Assembly: GCA_050946435.1 (NCBI GenBank)
Contig: JBMNUU010000008.1
Span: forward strand, 13,213 to 77,212
DNA from: Prevotella sp.
Lineage (GTDB): Bacteria; Bacteroidota; Bacteroidia; Bacteroidales; Bacteroidaceae
Length of the DNA stretch: 64,000 bases
Direction: 5' to 3'
A program made the position numbers and the translations under genes. The notes under the pieces are model-generated. The model did not search any database, was not told the DNA's origin, and worked only from the letters and a program-made list of their open reading frames with translations. Shown here piece by piece: positions 1 to 9,630 of the stretch (positions are counted from its first letter, which is position 1; every line of letters begins with the position of its first letter).

Positions 1-101
1 CCCATGCCCTTCGGCTCTATCTTTCCGATGGGCAGACACAGGCAGACAATGAGCGCCAGCAGTGCCAGTAATAAAAATATGGTTTGTTTGCGTTGAATCA
101 T
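1..101 (-). CDS. Partial CDS (N-terminal 33 codons; continues past the left edge): small hydrophobic membrane protein, possibly DUF4293-like
   Basis: Minus-strand ATG at 99-101 reads MIQRKQTIFLLLALLALIVCLCLPIGKIEPKGM and stays open to position 1. It has a hydrophobic helix and lies 20 nt downstream of the rpoZ stop on the same strand. It is absent from the ORF track because it is truncated. The family guess rests on my memory of the usual rpoZ neighbour and is not verified. Confidence 0.4.
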   Translation of the reverse strand, partial: MIQRKQTIFLLLALLALIVCLCLPIGKIEPKGM

Positions 102-120
102 TGCGTCACCAACCTTTCCC

Positions 121-441
121 TTAATCCTTGGATGCGTCTCTGAAATAAATATTTCCCTCGATAAATTCCTGGGTAGCGAGCATCGTGGGCTTCGGCAATT
201 TCTCGTAATAACGGCTTATTTCTATCTGCTCACGATTTTCAAACACCTCCTCAAGCGAATCATTATACGAGGCAAACTCCGCCAATTTCTTGTTCAGGTC
301 CTGCTTAACCTCTGCAGAAATCTGGTTGGCGCGCTTGCCAATAATCACCACACTCTCATAGATGTTACCGGTATCCTTACACAAATCGACAACGTTGCGG
401 GTAACTGTATTTACCGGAGCTTTTGACTTTTTGTAATCCAT
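121..441 (-). CDS. rpoZ: DNA-directed RNA polymerase subunit omega
   Basis: 106 aa with ATG at 439-441. The central VIIGKRANQISAE resembles the conserved omega RARQI-type segment. It lies directly downstream of bamD on the same strand. Confidence 0.75.
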   Translation of the reverse strand: MDYKKSKAPVNTVTRNVVDLCKDTGNIYESVVIIGKRANQISAEVKQDLNKKLAEFASYNDSLEEVFENREQIEISRYYEKLPKPTMLATQEFIEGNIYFRDASKD

Positions 442-501
442 TTATATATATAAATTTAATATTTGCAACCATTAATAAGGCACCACGCCGTTGACCCAAA
501 C

Positions 502-1335
502 TTAGTCAACAGCGTTTGCCGTATATCTTTTGCACTTCTGAATGAAATTCTCTGCCGTCTTGCGTTCCTTGGAGTCGGGATATTCGTTGATAAAACCGTA
601 ACATTCGTCCTCCGCATCCTGGTAACGCTCCAGCTTCTTTTCCTCCACACTCTGCTGAGCGAGCTCGTACTTGCTTTTCATCACCAACACGGCAAAGTCT
701 TCCCGATGTGAGGAATAGGGATAATCCTTCAGGGCATTCTGAGCCGTAATGATGCAAGCCTCATAGTTGTTTCCCCCACTACCGCAGTTGCCAAAGTAAG
801 ACCCAAGATTATAGTAGAGCTGAGCCGAATGTAACTCCTTCTCCACTAATTTATCCTGCAACTCAAATAGCCGCTGCTGGGCCTGATCCTTGAGCTGGGC
901 ATCGGGAAAGAGGTCCATATATTCCTGAAACGCAGCAATGGCCTGAACCGTGGTGGTCTGATCCAACCGAGGTTCAGCCGTACTCATATACAGGCTCTGT
1001 CCCACATGGTATGAAGCCATTTCTGCATACATACCGCGCGGATACGATTTCACATAGCGTTTGAAAGCCTCGGCTGCTGCCGTATAGTCGCGGTCGAGAT
1101 ATTCGGCCATAGCGAGCATATAGAGGCTCTCCTGTGCCTCGGCGGTTCCCTTCTGCTGCACGATGAGCCCCTGCAGCAATGTCACGGCACGCGTGTACTT
1201 GCCATTGACAAAGCACTCTTTGGCATACTCGTATCTGTAACGATAGTCGGGAGACTTGTATACTTGATTGAATTCCTTGGCGCAGCTCCCAAAAAGGAGC
1301 AACACGCAGAACGCCATCAAAACAAATTTCTTCAT
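502..1335 (-). CDS. bamD: Outer membrane protein assembly factor BamD (TPR lipoprotein)
   Basis: The ORF track gives 502..1512, but the lipoprotein signal MKKFVLMAFCVLLLFGSC begins at ATG 1333-1335. TPR-like helical repeats are present (YEYAKECFVNGKYTRAV, YMLAMAEYLDRDYTAAAEAFKRYVKSYP). The upstream extension runs into a dispersed repeat. Confidence 0.85.
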   Translation of the reverse strand: MKKFVLMAFCVLLLFGSCAKEFNQVYKSPDYRYRYEYAKECFVNGKYTRAVTLLQGLIVQQKGTAEAQESLYMLAMAEYLDRDYTAAAEAFKRYVKSYPRGMYAEMASYHVGQSLYMSTAEPRLDQTTTVQAIAAFQEYMDLFPDAQLKDQAQQRLFELQDKLVEKELHSAQLYYNLGSYFGNCGSGGNNYEACIITAQNALKDYPYSSHREDFAVLVMKSKYELAQQSVEEKKLERYQDAEDECYGFINEYPDSKERKTAENFIQKCKRYTANAVD

Positions 1336-1496
1336 ATTCAACCTTTTGACTTGCAAAAATACACATAATTCTCTGATCCACAAAGAAGCAATAGTTATTT
1401 TTAGCAAAAAAAGGGCGTGATGGCTATCATATAGACTGTCGCCACCTCGCTCCAACCTGCAGTTTGCGTCCTTTTGGGACGTCTGAATTCTTGTAT

Positions 1497-1886
1497 TTTT
1501 ATTTACAAACACTCGTCTATACGTCGCTTATTTGAAAACAATTTCGCTTCCGTCTGAAATACGCCAAATATACAAACATTTTGCAACGGCTTAACAATCA
1601 GCCGATTAGAAAAAACGCCTTTTCGTCCCCAATTTCATCGCCCGCGATGAGATATGTAACGGCAGGGCGGTTAAGCCTTAACCACAAGGCGACAAGACTC
1701 TTTTCGCAGAGCCGTTAGGCCTTTGCCATACCGCGATTAAGGCTCCACCATAGTATAGCGAAATACAAAACCTAACAAACTGGCGATTTTTACGTTGTGC
1801 GAGCTGATGGAGATGGCTAAAACATAGTCCTTTTTGCGCTAAATGGTCCGGATATGAAGCATCGAAAAGTGGTAATTAGATTTTAC
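1497..1886 (+). repeat. Dispersed ~370-390 bp non-coding element (family D), diverged copy 1
   Basis: Aligns by eye, colinearly, with 11715-12083. Examples: gcttatttgaaaacaatttcgc vs gcttatttaaaaacaagtttgc; gaaatacgccaaata vs caaaatacgcaaaata; gaaaaaacgcctttt vs gaaaaaacggcctttt; the cggttaagccttaacc / ccgttaggcc submotifs; and the terminal ggtaattagattttac vs ggtaattatattttac. Confidence 0.6.
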
Positions 1887-2108
1887 ACATAGAGATGCAC
1901 TGCGAATCAAAAACGAAGCCGACGGCCTTATTCTTCGCCGCCACGCGAGTCTCATGTCGCATCATCGGAGAGCTTCTCCCCAAACTGCAGAAAGCTAATG
2001 GGGGGCCCAGTCGCTGACAGGAGCTTTGATGGTCAACCGATTGCACGATTTACAAAAACATAGAAAAGCATTGTGCATTGAGCCGAAAAATTCGTAATTT
2101 TGCATGGT

Positions 2109-4145
2109 ATGGATTTCAAACTGACTTCTAAATACAAGCCCACAGGCGATCAGCCACAGGCCATCGCCCAACTCACCGAGGGGGTCATCAATGGCGACCC
2201 GGCTCAGGTGTTGCTGGGAGTCACCGGCTCCGGCAAGACTTTCACGGTGGCCAATGTCATTGCCAACGTGAAAAAGCCCACGCTGATTCTCAGTCATAAC
2301 AAGACCCTCGCGGCTCAGCTCTACGAGGAGATGAAGGGATTTTTCCCCGACAACGCCGTGGACTACTATGTTTCTTACTACGACTACTATCAGCCGGAGG
2401 CCTATCTGCCAACTACCGACATCTATATCGAGAAAGACCTTGCCATCAACGACGAGATCGACAAGCTGCGGCTGGGTGCCGTGAGCGACCTGCTCTCGGG
2501 CCGCAAGGACGTCATCGTGGTGTCGTCGGTGTCGTGCATCTACGGTATGGGCGGTCCGGTAGCCATGCAAAACAGCATTATCAGCATCAGGCGCGGGCAA
2601 CGTCTCGACCGCAACGAGTTTCTGCGGCAGCTGGTCGACGCTCTCTACACCCGCAACGACGTCGACCTGCAGCGAGGTTTCTTCTCTGTGAAGGGCGACA
2701 CCGTAAACATCGCCATGGCCTACAGCGACCACATTCTGCGTGTCACGTGGTGGGATGACGAGATAGACAGCATCGAGGAGGTGGACTCCATCACGATGCG
2801 CTCGCTCCAGAAATTTGAGAAATACCAAATCTACCCGGCCAACCTCTTCGTGACATCGAAGGAACAGACCGAAAGCGCCATACGCCACATCCAAGACGAC
2901 CTCGTAGACCAGATTGCGTTTTTCAACGAAATGGGCGACGGCATCAAGGCCCAACGCATCAAAGAACGCGTGGAATATGACATAGAAATGATCAAGGAGC
3001 TTGGCCACTGTTCGGGCATTGAGAACTATTCGCGCTATTTCGATGGGCGCGAAGCCGGACAACGCCCCTACTGTCTGCTCGATTTCTTCCCCGACGACTT
3101 CCTTATCGTCATCGACGAGAGCCACGTCAGTGTGCCGCAAATCAACGCCATGTACGGCGGCGACCGCGCCCGTAAGCAGAATCTCGTGGAATACGGATTT
3201 CGCCTGCCTGCCGCGTTCGACAACCGCCCCCTGCGCTTCGAGGAGTTTCACGAACTGGCCAAACAGGTGATCTACGTGTCGGCCACGCCGGCCAACTTCG
3301 AGCTTCAGGAGGCCGAAGGTGTTGTCGTAGAGCAGCTCATCCGCCCCACCGGACTGCTCGATCCTGAGATTGTCGTGCGCCCATCGGAAAACCAAATTGA
3401 CGACCTGCTCAACGAAATCGTCATTCGCAGTGAGAAAGACGAACGCGTGCTGGTCACCACGCTCACCAAGCGCATGGCCGAAGAGCTCACCGAGTTTCTG
3501 CTCAACCACGATATTCGCGCTAACTACATACACAGCGACGTGCCGGCACTCGACCGTGTACAGATTATGAACGACCTGCGGGCCGGCCTATTCGATGTGC
3601 TCGTGGGCGTTAACCTCCTGCGCGAGGGGCTCGACCTTCCCGAAGTTTCGCTCGTAGCCATACTCGATGCCGACAAGGAGGGATTTCTGCGCAGCCACCG
3701 CAGTCTCACGCAGACCGCCGGACGTGCCGCACGAAACGTGAACGGCAAGGTGATTATGTATGCTGACAACATCACCGAGAGTATGCAGCGCACCATCGAC
3801 GAGACCGCCCGGCGACGAAGCATCCAGATGAAATACAATGCCGACCACGGCATCACGCCGCAACAGATTGTGAAAGACATCAAGGGTATGTTGCCCAACA
3901 GTCACGGAGAGCAATACAAGCCAGCGGCAACCGGAGCCAGCAAGCAGCAGGCTTACTTGGAGCCTGACAGTGCCGCCTTTGCAGCCGACCCCATCATCCT
4001 CCACATGACGCGACCCGAACTCGAAAAGAGTATCGACAACACCAAGAAACTCATGGAGCAGGCCGCCAAAGACCTCGACTTCATCCAAGCCGCTCAATAC
4101 CGCGATGAAATCCTACGGCTGCAGGCACAGCTGGAGCTTAAGTAA
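2109..4145 (+). CDS. uvrB: Excinuclease ABC subunit B
   Basis: N-terminal KPTGDQPQAI, Walker A GVTGSGKT, VIDESHVSVPQ (DExH box), helicase C motifs and a C-terminal UVR motif (AAQYRDEILRLQAQL). The ORF opens at 2100, but MDFKLTSKYKPTGDQ (ATG 2109) matches typical UvrB N-termini. Confidence 0.97.
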   Translation: MDFKLTSKYKPTGDQPQAIAQLTEGVINGDPAQVLLGVTGSGKTFTVANVIANVKKPTLILSHNKTLAAQLYEEMKGFFPDNAVDYYVSYYDYYQPEAYLPTTDIYIEKDLAINDEIDKLRLGAVSDLLSGRKDVIVVSSVSCIYGMGGPVAMQNSIISIRRGQRLDRNEFLRQLVDALYTRNDVDLQRGFFSVKGDTVNIAMAYSDHILRVTWWDDEIDSIEEVDSITMRSLQKFEKYQIYPANLFVTSKEQTESAIRHIQDDLVDQIAFFNEMGDGIKAQRIKERVEYDIEMIKELGHCSGIENYSRYFDGREAGQRPYCLLDFFPDDFLIVIDESHVSVPQINAMYGGDRARKQNLVEYGFRLPAAFDNRPLRFEEFHELAKQVIYVSATPANFELQEAEGVVVEQLIRPTGLLDPEIVVRPSENQIDDLLNEIVIRSEKDERVLVTTLTKRMAEELTEFLLNHDIRANYIHSDVPALDRVQIMNDLRAGLFDVLVGVNLLREGLDLPEVSLVAILDADKEGFLRSHRSLTQTAGRAARNVNGKVIMYADNITESMQRTIDETARRRSIQMKYNADHGITPQQIVKDIKGMLPNSHGEQYKPAATGASKQQAYLEPDSAAFAADPIILHMTRPELEKSIDNTKKLMEQAAKDLDFIQAAQYRDEILRLQAQLELK

Positions 4146-4392
4146 TTCAAAATTCATAATTCATAATTCAAAATTAGGCTACGCGTTGGTAATTCGCAAT
4201 GCACAATTTTTAATTCACAATTGGCTACGCGTTGGTAATTCACAATGCGCAATTTTTAATTCATAATTGGCTACACATTGGTAATTCACAATGCGCTATT
4301 TACAATTCACAAGTTTCATCACGCAATTTATTTTGAATTGCAGAGCATCGCGAAGCCTAATTTTGAATTTTGAATTATGAATTTTGAATTGC
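4144..4392. repeat. Heptamer-module repeat cluster: outer ~40-bp inverted repeat enclosing 3 x 46-bp tandem units
   Basis: AATTCAA AATTCAT AATTCAT AATTCAA AATTAGGCT starts at 4144 and overlaps the AA of the uvrB TAA stop (4143-4145). The 46-bp units start at 4177, 4223 and 4269 (ggctacgcgttggtaattc.caatgc.caatttttaattca.aatt). 4350-4392 (agcctaattttgaattttgaattatgaattttgaatt) is the near-perfect reverse complement of 4144-4181. Confidence 0.85.
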
Positions 4393-4489
4393 TCAATCGT
4401 CAATAACAAAAGTTAAAATAGCCGCATTGCACCTATTATACAACATATTTTCGTAATTTTGTCAATTATTAATTGCATCATTATCTGTC

Positions 4490-5158
4490 ATGAGAAAGAT
4501 TTTCATCGCACTCCTTACCTGCCTCCCACTGATGGGGATGGCTCAAAATACATGGGAAGTTCCTCAGGAGGAAACCCAAGAGCAACAAGTCAAGCACAAG
4601 AAAAAGACGCACAACGACAACAAGAAGGAGGAAGAAGACTCCAAATATCTGGTTGGTGCCGTGCCCGAGGTGGACGGCAAGGTGGTGTTCACGCTTAGCA
4701 AAGACGTGCCGGGCATGACCGCCGATGATATTTACGAGAAAGTGTACAACCTGCTCAAGGTGATGACCAAAGAAGAAAACCAGTTCCCACACAGCAAGAT
4801 TGCCGTGGTGAACAAGCCTGAACACATCATTGCCGCCCGCATGAAAGAATGGCTGGTATTCCATAATTCGTTCCTCTCGCTGGACCGCACCGTGTTCAAC
4901 TATACCATCATCGCCAGGATATCCGACGCTCATCTCGACCTCACCCTCGAACGCTTGAGCTATCAGTATGAGATGGATCGCACCGACACCCGGGGTGGCC
5001 TCAATGTCAAGGCGGAAGAATGGATCACCGACAAGGAAGCGCTGAACAGGAAAAAAACTAAACTTGCCAGATACAGCGGCAAGTTCCGTCGCAAGACCAT
5101 CGACCGCAAAGACAACATCTTTGGGCGTGTCTGCCAGACTTTGGGCGTAGCCTATTAA
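4490..5158 (+). CDS. Secreted hypothetical protein, DUF4468-like (assignment from memory)
   Basis: Signal peptide MRKIFIALLTCLPLMGMAQ, a Lys/Glu-rich linker, then VPEVDGKVVFTLSKDVPGMTADDIYEKVYNLL. ATG at 4490. Confidence 0.65.
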   Translation: MRKIFIALLTCLPLMGMAQNTWEVPQEETQEQQVKHKKKTHNDNKKEEEDSKYLVGAVPEVDGKVVFTLSKDVPGMTADDIYEKVYNLLKVMTKEENQFPHSKIAVVNKPEHIIAARMKEWLVFHNSFLSLDRTVFNYTIIARISDAHLDLTLERLSYQYEMDRTDTRGGLNVKAEEWITDKEALNRKKTKLARYSGKFRRKTIDRKDNIFGRVCQTLGVAY

Positions 5159-5214
5159 GCCTGTACGACAACTTATTCTCACATTTTCATTTTCACCCAC
5201 AGACGCATACGTTC

Positions 5215-5439
5215 ATGGATAACGACAATCTGCAACTCCGTCATCGTCGGCGCGGCGAGGAAAACGCGCCACACGACAGTTCACTGAAACTGCGCAACTG
5301 GCTCAACGCCATCTTCATGATTGGCGCAATAGTCGGCATACTCATCTATTTTTTCGGTGACCAAACAATAGGAACAATAGTGATCCTGGCGGCAATGGTC
5401 TTCAAGATTGTCGAGGCCGCCCTACGATTTCTGCATTAA
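5215..5439 (+). CDS. Small two-helix membrane protein (hypothetical)
   Basis: 74 aa with two hydrophobic helices (WLNAIFMIGAIVGILIYFF, IGTIVILAAMVFKIV). Its stop TAA overlaps the next gene start by 1 nt (TAATG at 5437-5441), which suggests translational coupling. Confidence 0.55.
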   Translation: MDNDNLQLRHRRRGEENAPHDSSLKLRNWLNAIFMIGAIVGILIYFFGDQTIGTIVILAAMVFKIVEAALRFLH

Positions 5440-7781
5440 TGAAAAAATATATACTGGGCTTTCTTCTAACCGTGGCATCCCTTCCCCTGTTTTCGCAGGT
5501 GGGGATGGACGACGGCTATAACCAAATAGACGAAAACGGAAACATCACCACACAAGACCAGCGACAGCAAAACGACTCGCTGGGAACCGATAAGGAGATT
5601 CCGGTGGGGATGTACGTATGGACCGTAGACTCGCGATTCGGCGACCGACAATCGGCCGAGCCCGACACGCTGTCGCCCATGTATATGAACACTATCTTCA
5701 CCACCGGGTTGCGTGGCGAATACAACACCACCGGAAACCTCGGCGCACCCCGACAGGCGCGCATATTCATCGACAGGAAAGAGCAGCGCCAGTTCATTTT
5801 TACCAATCCCTACGACTATTTCGTCAGCCCCGTAGAAGACTTCCACTTCACCAACACGCTATCGCCGTTTACCAATCTGAGCTACAACAAATGTGGCGAC
5901 CGCACGAACGGCGAAGACCATTTCACGGCAAAGTTTGGCGTGAACGCCGGCAAGAAAATCGGCGTGGGATTCAAGTTCGACTATATCTACGCTCGCGGAT
6001 ACTATAGCAACCAGGCAGCCTCCCACTTCAACTATTCGCTCTACGGCTCTTATCTCGGCGACCGCTATCAAGCCCACTTCCTGGCCATCACCAATCATCA
6101 GAAGGTCACGGAGAATGGCGGTATCACCCAAGACCTCTACATCACCCACCCCGAATCGTTCAACGAGGATTTCCAAACCTCGGAAATTCCGACGATGCTA
6201 TCGCAAAACTGGAACCGCAACGACAACCAGCACGTCTTCTTCACGCATAGATACAACGTGGGGTACAACCGTAAGGTGCCCATGACGGAGGCGGAAATCG
6301 AAGCCAAGAAATTTGCCTTAGCGTCAAAAAAAGAAGCCGAAGAAAGGGAAGCCAAGGAGAAAGCCCTGAAAGAGGCAGGGAAAACCGAAGAAGATATTGA
6401 GGAAGACGACATTGTTCCGAAGGCATCGTTCAGCGGCCGTCCCGACGATGCCAAGATTGTGGACCGCACGCAAGCGGCAGCCAATCCTCAGACACCCGAC
6501 TCGCTGAGCGAGGGAGGACGCATCGCCGTAAGCAGCAAGGCCGCGGCCGACAGCCTCATCGCGGCATCAGAGAAAGCAGCCGAAGACACCGCATGGCTCA
6601 AAAACGAATATGTGCCCGTCACCAGTTTTATCCACACCCTCGACTTCAACAACTATAGGCGCATCTACCAGGCCTACGACACGCCCGAGGATTTCTACCT
6701 CGACTACTATACGGTGAACGAGAAATTCGTTGGAGACTCCCTTTACGACAAGACCAACCACTGGACCCTGCGCAACACCTTCGCCATCTCCATGCTCGAG
6801 GGTTTCAACAAATGGGCAAAGGCCGGACTCAAGGTTTTCGCTTCTCACGAGATGCGCCATTTCACCCTGCCCGACGCCGAGGCCGAGCGCTCGTGGAACG
6901 AGAATGCCGTCAGCGTGGGCGGACAGCTCTCCAAGACACAGGGCAAAACACTCCACTACAATGTTGTGGGAGAGTTTGGCGTAGCGGGCATCAATGCCAC
7001 AGAAATCCATGTGGACGGCAATATCGACCTGAACTTCCCGCTCTTCAAAGATACCATGACGCTGGCCGCATCGGGATTTTTCCATCATGAAAAGCCCGGT
7101 TTCTACTATCGTCACTATCAGAGCAGGCACTTCTGGTGGGACGATGATGACCTTTCGTTTATCGACCACATCAGAGTGCAGGGACTATTAAACTATCAGA
7201 AGACACGCACCCGACTGCGTGTGGCTCACGACATTATCAAAAACCATACCTACTATGCGCTGGCCTACAAGACGACCGATGTCGGACGATTCTACAACGC
7301 ATTGTCGGTGAAGCAAAACAGCGGTGCCATCAGTCTGCTCACCGCCCAGCTTTCGCAAGACTTCACGTTCGGACCGCTCAACTGGGAAAGTGTCATCACG
7401 TTCCAGAAATCGAGCAAGGAAGAGGTCCTGCCCGTGCCCTTGCTCAACATCTACAGCAACCTGTTTTTGCGATTCAAAATCGCCAACGTGCTCAAATGCG
7501 ACTTCGGAGGTGATGTTCGCTATTTCACCAAATACAAAGCACCCGAATATGCGCCTGCCATCGGGCAGTATGTGGTGCAGGCCAACGACGAGAAGGTAGA
7601 GACGGGAAACTATCCCATCGTCAACGTCTATGCCAACTTCCACCTGAAACACACTCGCTTCTTCGTAATGATGAGCCATGTCAATGCAGGAAGCGGCAAG
7701 AAAGACTACTTCCTCACGCCCCATCACCCGCTCAACGGGCGTACCTTCCGACTCGGTTTGAGCTGGAATTTCTATAACTAA
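5439..7781 (+). CDS. Putative outer-membrane porin (Bacteroidetes putative-porin family) with an acidic/Lys-rich insert
   Basis: Signal peptide MKKYILGFLLTVASLPLFSQ. The protein is Tyr/Asn/Gly-rich with alternating beta-strand-like sequence, and the C-terminus ends ...FRLGLSWNFYN. There is a low-complexity insert KKEAEEREAKEKALKEAGKTEEDIEEDD. Confidence 0.7.
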   Translation: MKKYILGFLLTVASLPLFSQVGMDDGYNQIDENGNITTQDQRQQNDSLGTDKEIPVGMYVWTVDSRFGDRQSAEPDTLSPMYMNTIFTTGLRGEYNTTGNLGAPRQARIFIDRKEQRQFIFTNPYDYFVSPVEDFHFTNTLSPFTNLSYNKCGDRTNGEDHFTAKFGVNAGKKIGVGFKFDYIYARGYYSNQAASHFNYSLYGSYLGDRYQAHFLAITNHQKVTENGGITQDLYITHPESFNEDFQTSEIPTMLSQNWNRNDNQHVFFTHRYNVGYNRKVPMTEAEIEAKKFALASKKEAEEREAKEKALKEAGKTEEDIEEDDIVPKASFSGRPDDAKIVDRTQAAANPQTPDSLSEGGRIAVSSKAAADSLIAASEKAAEDTAWLKNEYVPVTSFIHTLDFNNYRRIYQAYDTPEDFYLDYYTVNEKFVGDSLYDKTNHWTLRNTFAISMLEGFNKWAKAGLKVFASHEMRHFTLPDAEAERSWNENAVSVGGQLSKTQGKTLHYNVVGEFGVAGINATEIHVDGNIDLNFPLFKDTMTLAASGFFHHEKPGFYYRHYQSRHFWWDDDDLSFIDHIRVQGLLNYQKTRTRLRVAHDIIKNHTYYALAYKTTDVGRFYNALSVKQNSGAISLLTAQLSQDFTFGPLNWESVITFQKSSKEEVLPVPLLNIYSNLFLRFKIANVLKCDFGGDVRYFTKYKAPEYAPAIGQYVVQANDEKVETGNYPIVNVYANFHLKHTRFFVMMSHVNAGSGKKDYFLTPHHPLNGRTFRLGLSWNFYN

Positions 7782-7929
7782 AACTTGTTAGACGAATCAG
7801 AGTTTGGCGGACACACAAACCGTACGTCCCAACAATATATGTGGAAAGACACACACTTTAACTTTGCAGAAGAACAAAATGAAAACTTCTGTGGAAAATA
7901 CCATTGCCCGGCAACATAAGACCGATTAT

Positions 7930-8844
7930 CTACCACAATAGCAATCCTACAGCCACCAGCACGCCATAAACAAACATATTGCGTGCCGTCTCGCCCAAAA
8001 CTTTATTCAGTTCACGGCCCTTGTCAATCCTCACCATATGCCGATAGGCCCTGAAGTGCAGCACCGTATATATACAGGCCGGGAGGACAAAGGCTAAGAG
8101 ATGTCCATGAAAAACAAATACCAGTCCCAACGCTACCGCTGCCCATCCAGTGGCAAGATACAAGCGGCGGCCCGTCGTCGCCCCCACTTTCACCACGAGC
8201 GTCGTCTTACCGTCGCGTCGATCGTTGTCTATGTCGCGGTAGTTGTTGACAAGGAGCAGTGTGTCGATGACGAAACCGCAGGCCAGTGAAGCCGTAAAGA
8301 CCTCCCAGGTCACCGTTTTCGTCTCTCCGGGAAGACTCAGATAATAGGTGAGGCACACAGGAACGATGCCGAAGAATACCAACACCAGCACGTCACCAAG
8401 ACCGAGATACGACAGTCTGAGGGTATAGAGAAAGCAGAACAACACACAAAGCGCACCCACTACTATCATCTTCCAGCCTCCGATCCAGGCCAGTGGAAGT
8501 CCGACGGCACACCCCAGTGCGGTAGTTAAAACCAGCGCCCATCGCATCGCCTCGGGCGTGACCCACCCCATCGAACAGGCACGGAGCGGCCCAAGACGGG
8601 TCTCCACATCGTCGTTGCCCTGCTTATAGTCGAAATAATCGTTCACGAAATTGGCGTCTATCTGCATGATAAACGCAAAAAGGAAACACAACATGCAGGG
8701 TAGCCATGCTATCTGTCCGTCGCCATCTGCCATCGCCAACGCAGCGCCTATCATCACCGGAACGGCAGCCCCCGTGAGCGTCTTGGGACGGGCAGCCAGG
8801 ACCCACGCCTTCAAAGAGTTAGTTTTTACATGAGATTCATCCAT
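7930..8844 (-). CDS. menA: 1,4-dihydroxy-2-naphthoate octaprenyltransferase (UbiA family)
   Basis: Polytopic membrane protein with the UbiA/MenA motifs NDYFDYKQG and NNYRDIDNDRRDGKTT. The ORF-track start at 8856 is a TTG; the first ATG is at 8842-8844 (MDESHVK). Confidence 0.85.
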   Translation of the reverse strand: MDESHVKTNSLKAWVLAARPKTLTGAAVPVMIGAALAMADGDGQIAWLPCMLCFLFAFIMQIDANFVNDYFDYKQGNDDVETRLGPLRACSMGWVTPEAMRWALVLTTALGCAVGLPLAWIGGWKMIVVGALCVLFCFLYTLRLSYLGLGDVLVLVFFGIVPVCLTYYLSLPGETKTVTWEVFTASLACGFVIDTLLLVNNYRDIDNDRRDGKTTLVVKVGATTGRRLYLATGWAAVALGLVFVFHGHLLAFVLPACIYTVLHFRAYRHMVRIDKGRELNKVLGETARNMFVYGVLVAVGLLLW

Positions 8845-8911
8845 AATTACTTGCAAAAGTAGACATTATTTGATATATTTGCAAGTACAATTCTCAAATA
8901 AAACCCTCATC

Positions 8912-9541
8912 ATGCAAGTCAATCTCGACCTGATGTCGTTCATCGAAACTTCCATCCTTCCCAAATATAACGCTTTCGACAAATCGCACGACCTCAGCCA
9001 TGTGCAGCGCGTCATTGCCAATTCGCTGGTGCTCTCGCGCCAACTCGGCACTGACATCAACATGGTCTACGTCATCGCCGCCTATCACGACCTCGGTATG
9101 AGCGGCCCGCGTGCCATCCACCACATCACCAGTGGCAAAATCCTCATGGCCGACCAGCGGCTGCGCAAATGGTTTTCGCCAACCCAAATCAACATCATGA
9201 AGGAAGCGGTGGAAGACCATCGCGCCTCTGCCTCGCACGAGCCACGCAGCATCTACGGCAAGATTGTGGCCGAGGCCGACCGCGACCTGCAACCCGACGT
9301 AGTGTTCACCCGGGCCATAGAGTTTGGGCTGGACCGCTATCCGGAACTCAACAAGGAGCAGCAATGGCAGCGTTTCTGTCAGCACATGGACGAGAAATAC
9401 AGTCCGAACGGTTACATCAAGCTATGGATTCCGAATTCTCCCAACGAGAAATACCTCAAGACCGTGCGCGACATCATTGCCGACAAAAATCGGCTTCGCG
9501 CCATCTTCGACGACATTTTTGAACGGGAGCAAAACCTTTAG
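8912..9541 (+). CDS. HD-domain phosphohydrolase
   Basis: H...HD motif (SHDLSHVQRV ... AAYHDLGM) and a later EDHR. The ORF opens at 8870, but ATG 8912 (MQVNLDLMSFIE) is the first ATG. Confidence 0.8.
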   Translation: MQVNLDLMSFIETSILPKYNAFDKSHDLSHVQRVIANSLVLSRQLGTDINMVYVIAAYHDLGMSGPRAIHHITSGKILMADQRLRKWFSPTQINIMKEAVEDHRASASHEPRSIYGKIVAEADRDLQPDVVFTRAIEFGLDRYPELNKEQQWQRFCQHMDEKYSPNGYIKLWIPNSPNEKYLKTVRDIIADKNRLRAIFDDIFEREQNL

Positions 9542-9630
9542 CCAATATTATCCCGGCTCACGGGCACAACCAGCATTATTCAGTCTATTAGAATTTCACC
9601 AAATGATTTTATAACCATTTTATTAAAAAA

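Noticed and set aside
1336-1512. N-terminal extensions of several ORF-track entries: bamD to 1512, the beta-helix lipoprotein to 29131, the regulator from 46053, the lipoprotein to 22892, the OmpA-like gene to 44454
   Set aside because: In each case a canonical signal or lipoprotein peptide starts at an internal ATG. The upstream extension runs into repeat or intergenic sequence.
1995-3533. 512-aa minus-strand ORF opposite uvrB. Similar long antisense ORFs lie at 12166..13140, 25676..27334, 28800..30392, 30841..31860, 32209..33183, 42985..44355 and 46269..47441.
   Set aside because: Each lies antisense to a gene with clear family motifs (UvrB, DUF2961, PafA-like, SusD, SusC, OmpA-like, hybrid kinase). 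Their sequences are low-complexity, V/G/H/R-rich and without motifs. These are shadow ORFs typical of GC-rich coding DNA.
4144-4392. Calling the repeat families autonomous mobile elements (IS or transposon)
   Set aside because: No transposase, integrase or recombinase ORF lies in or near any copy anywhere in the window. At most they are non-autonomous (MITE-like), and even that is unproven, so they are typed as repeats.
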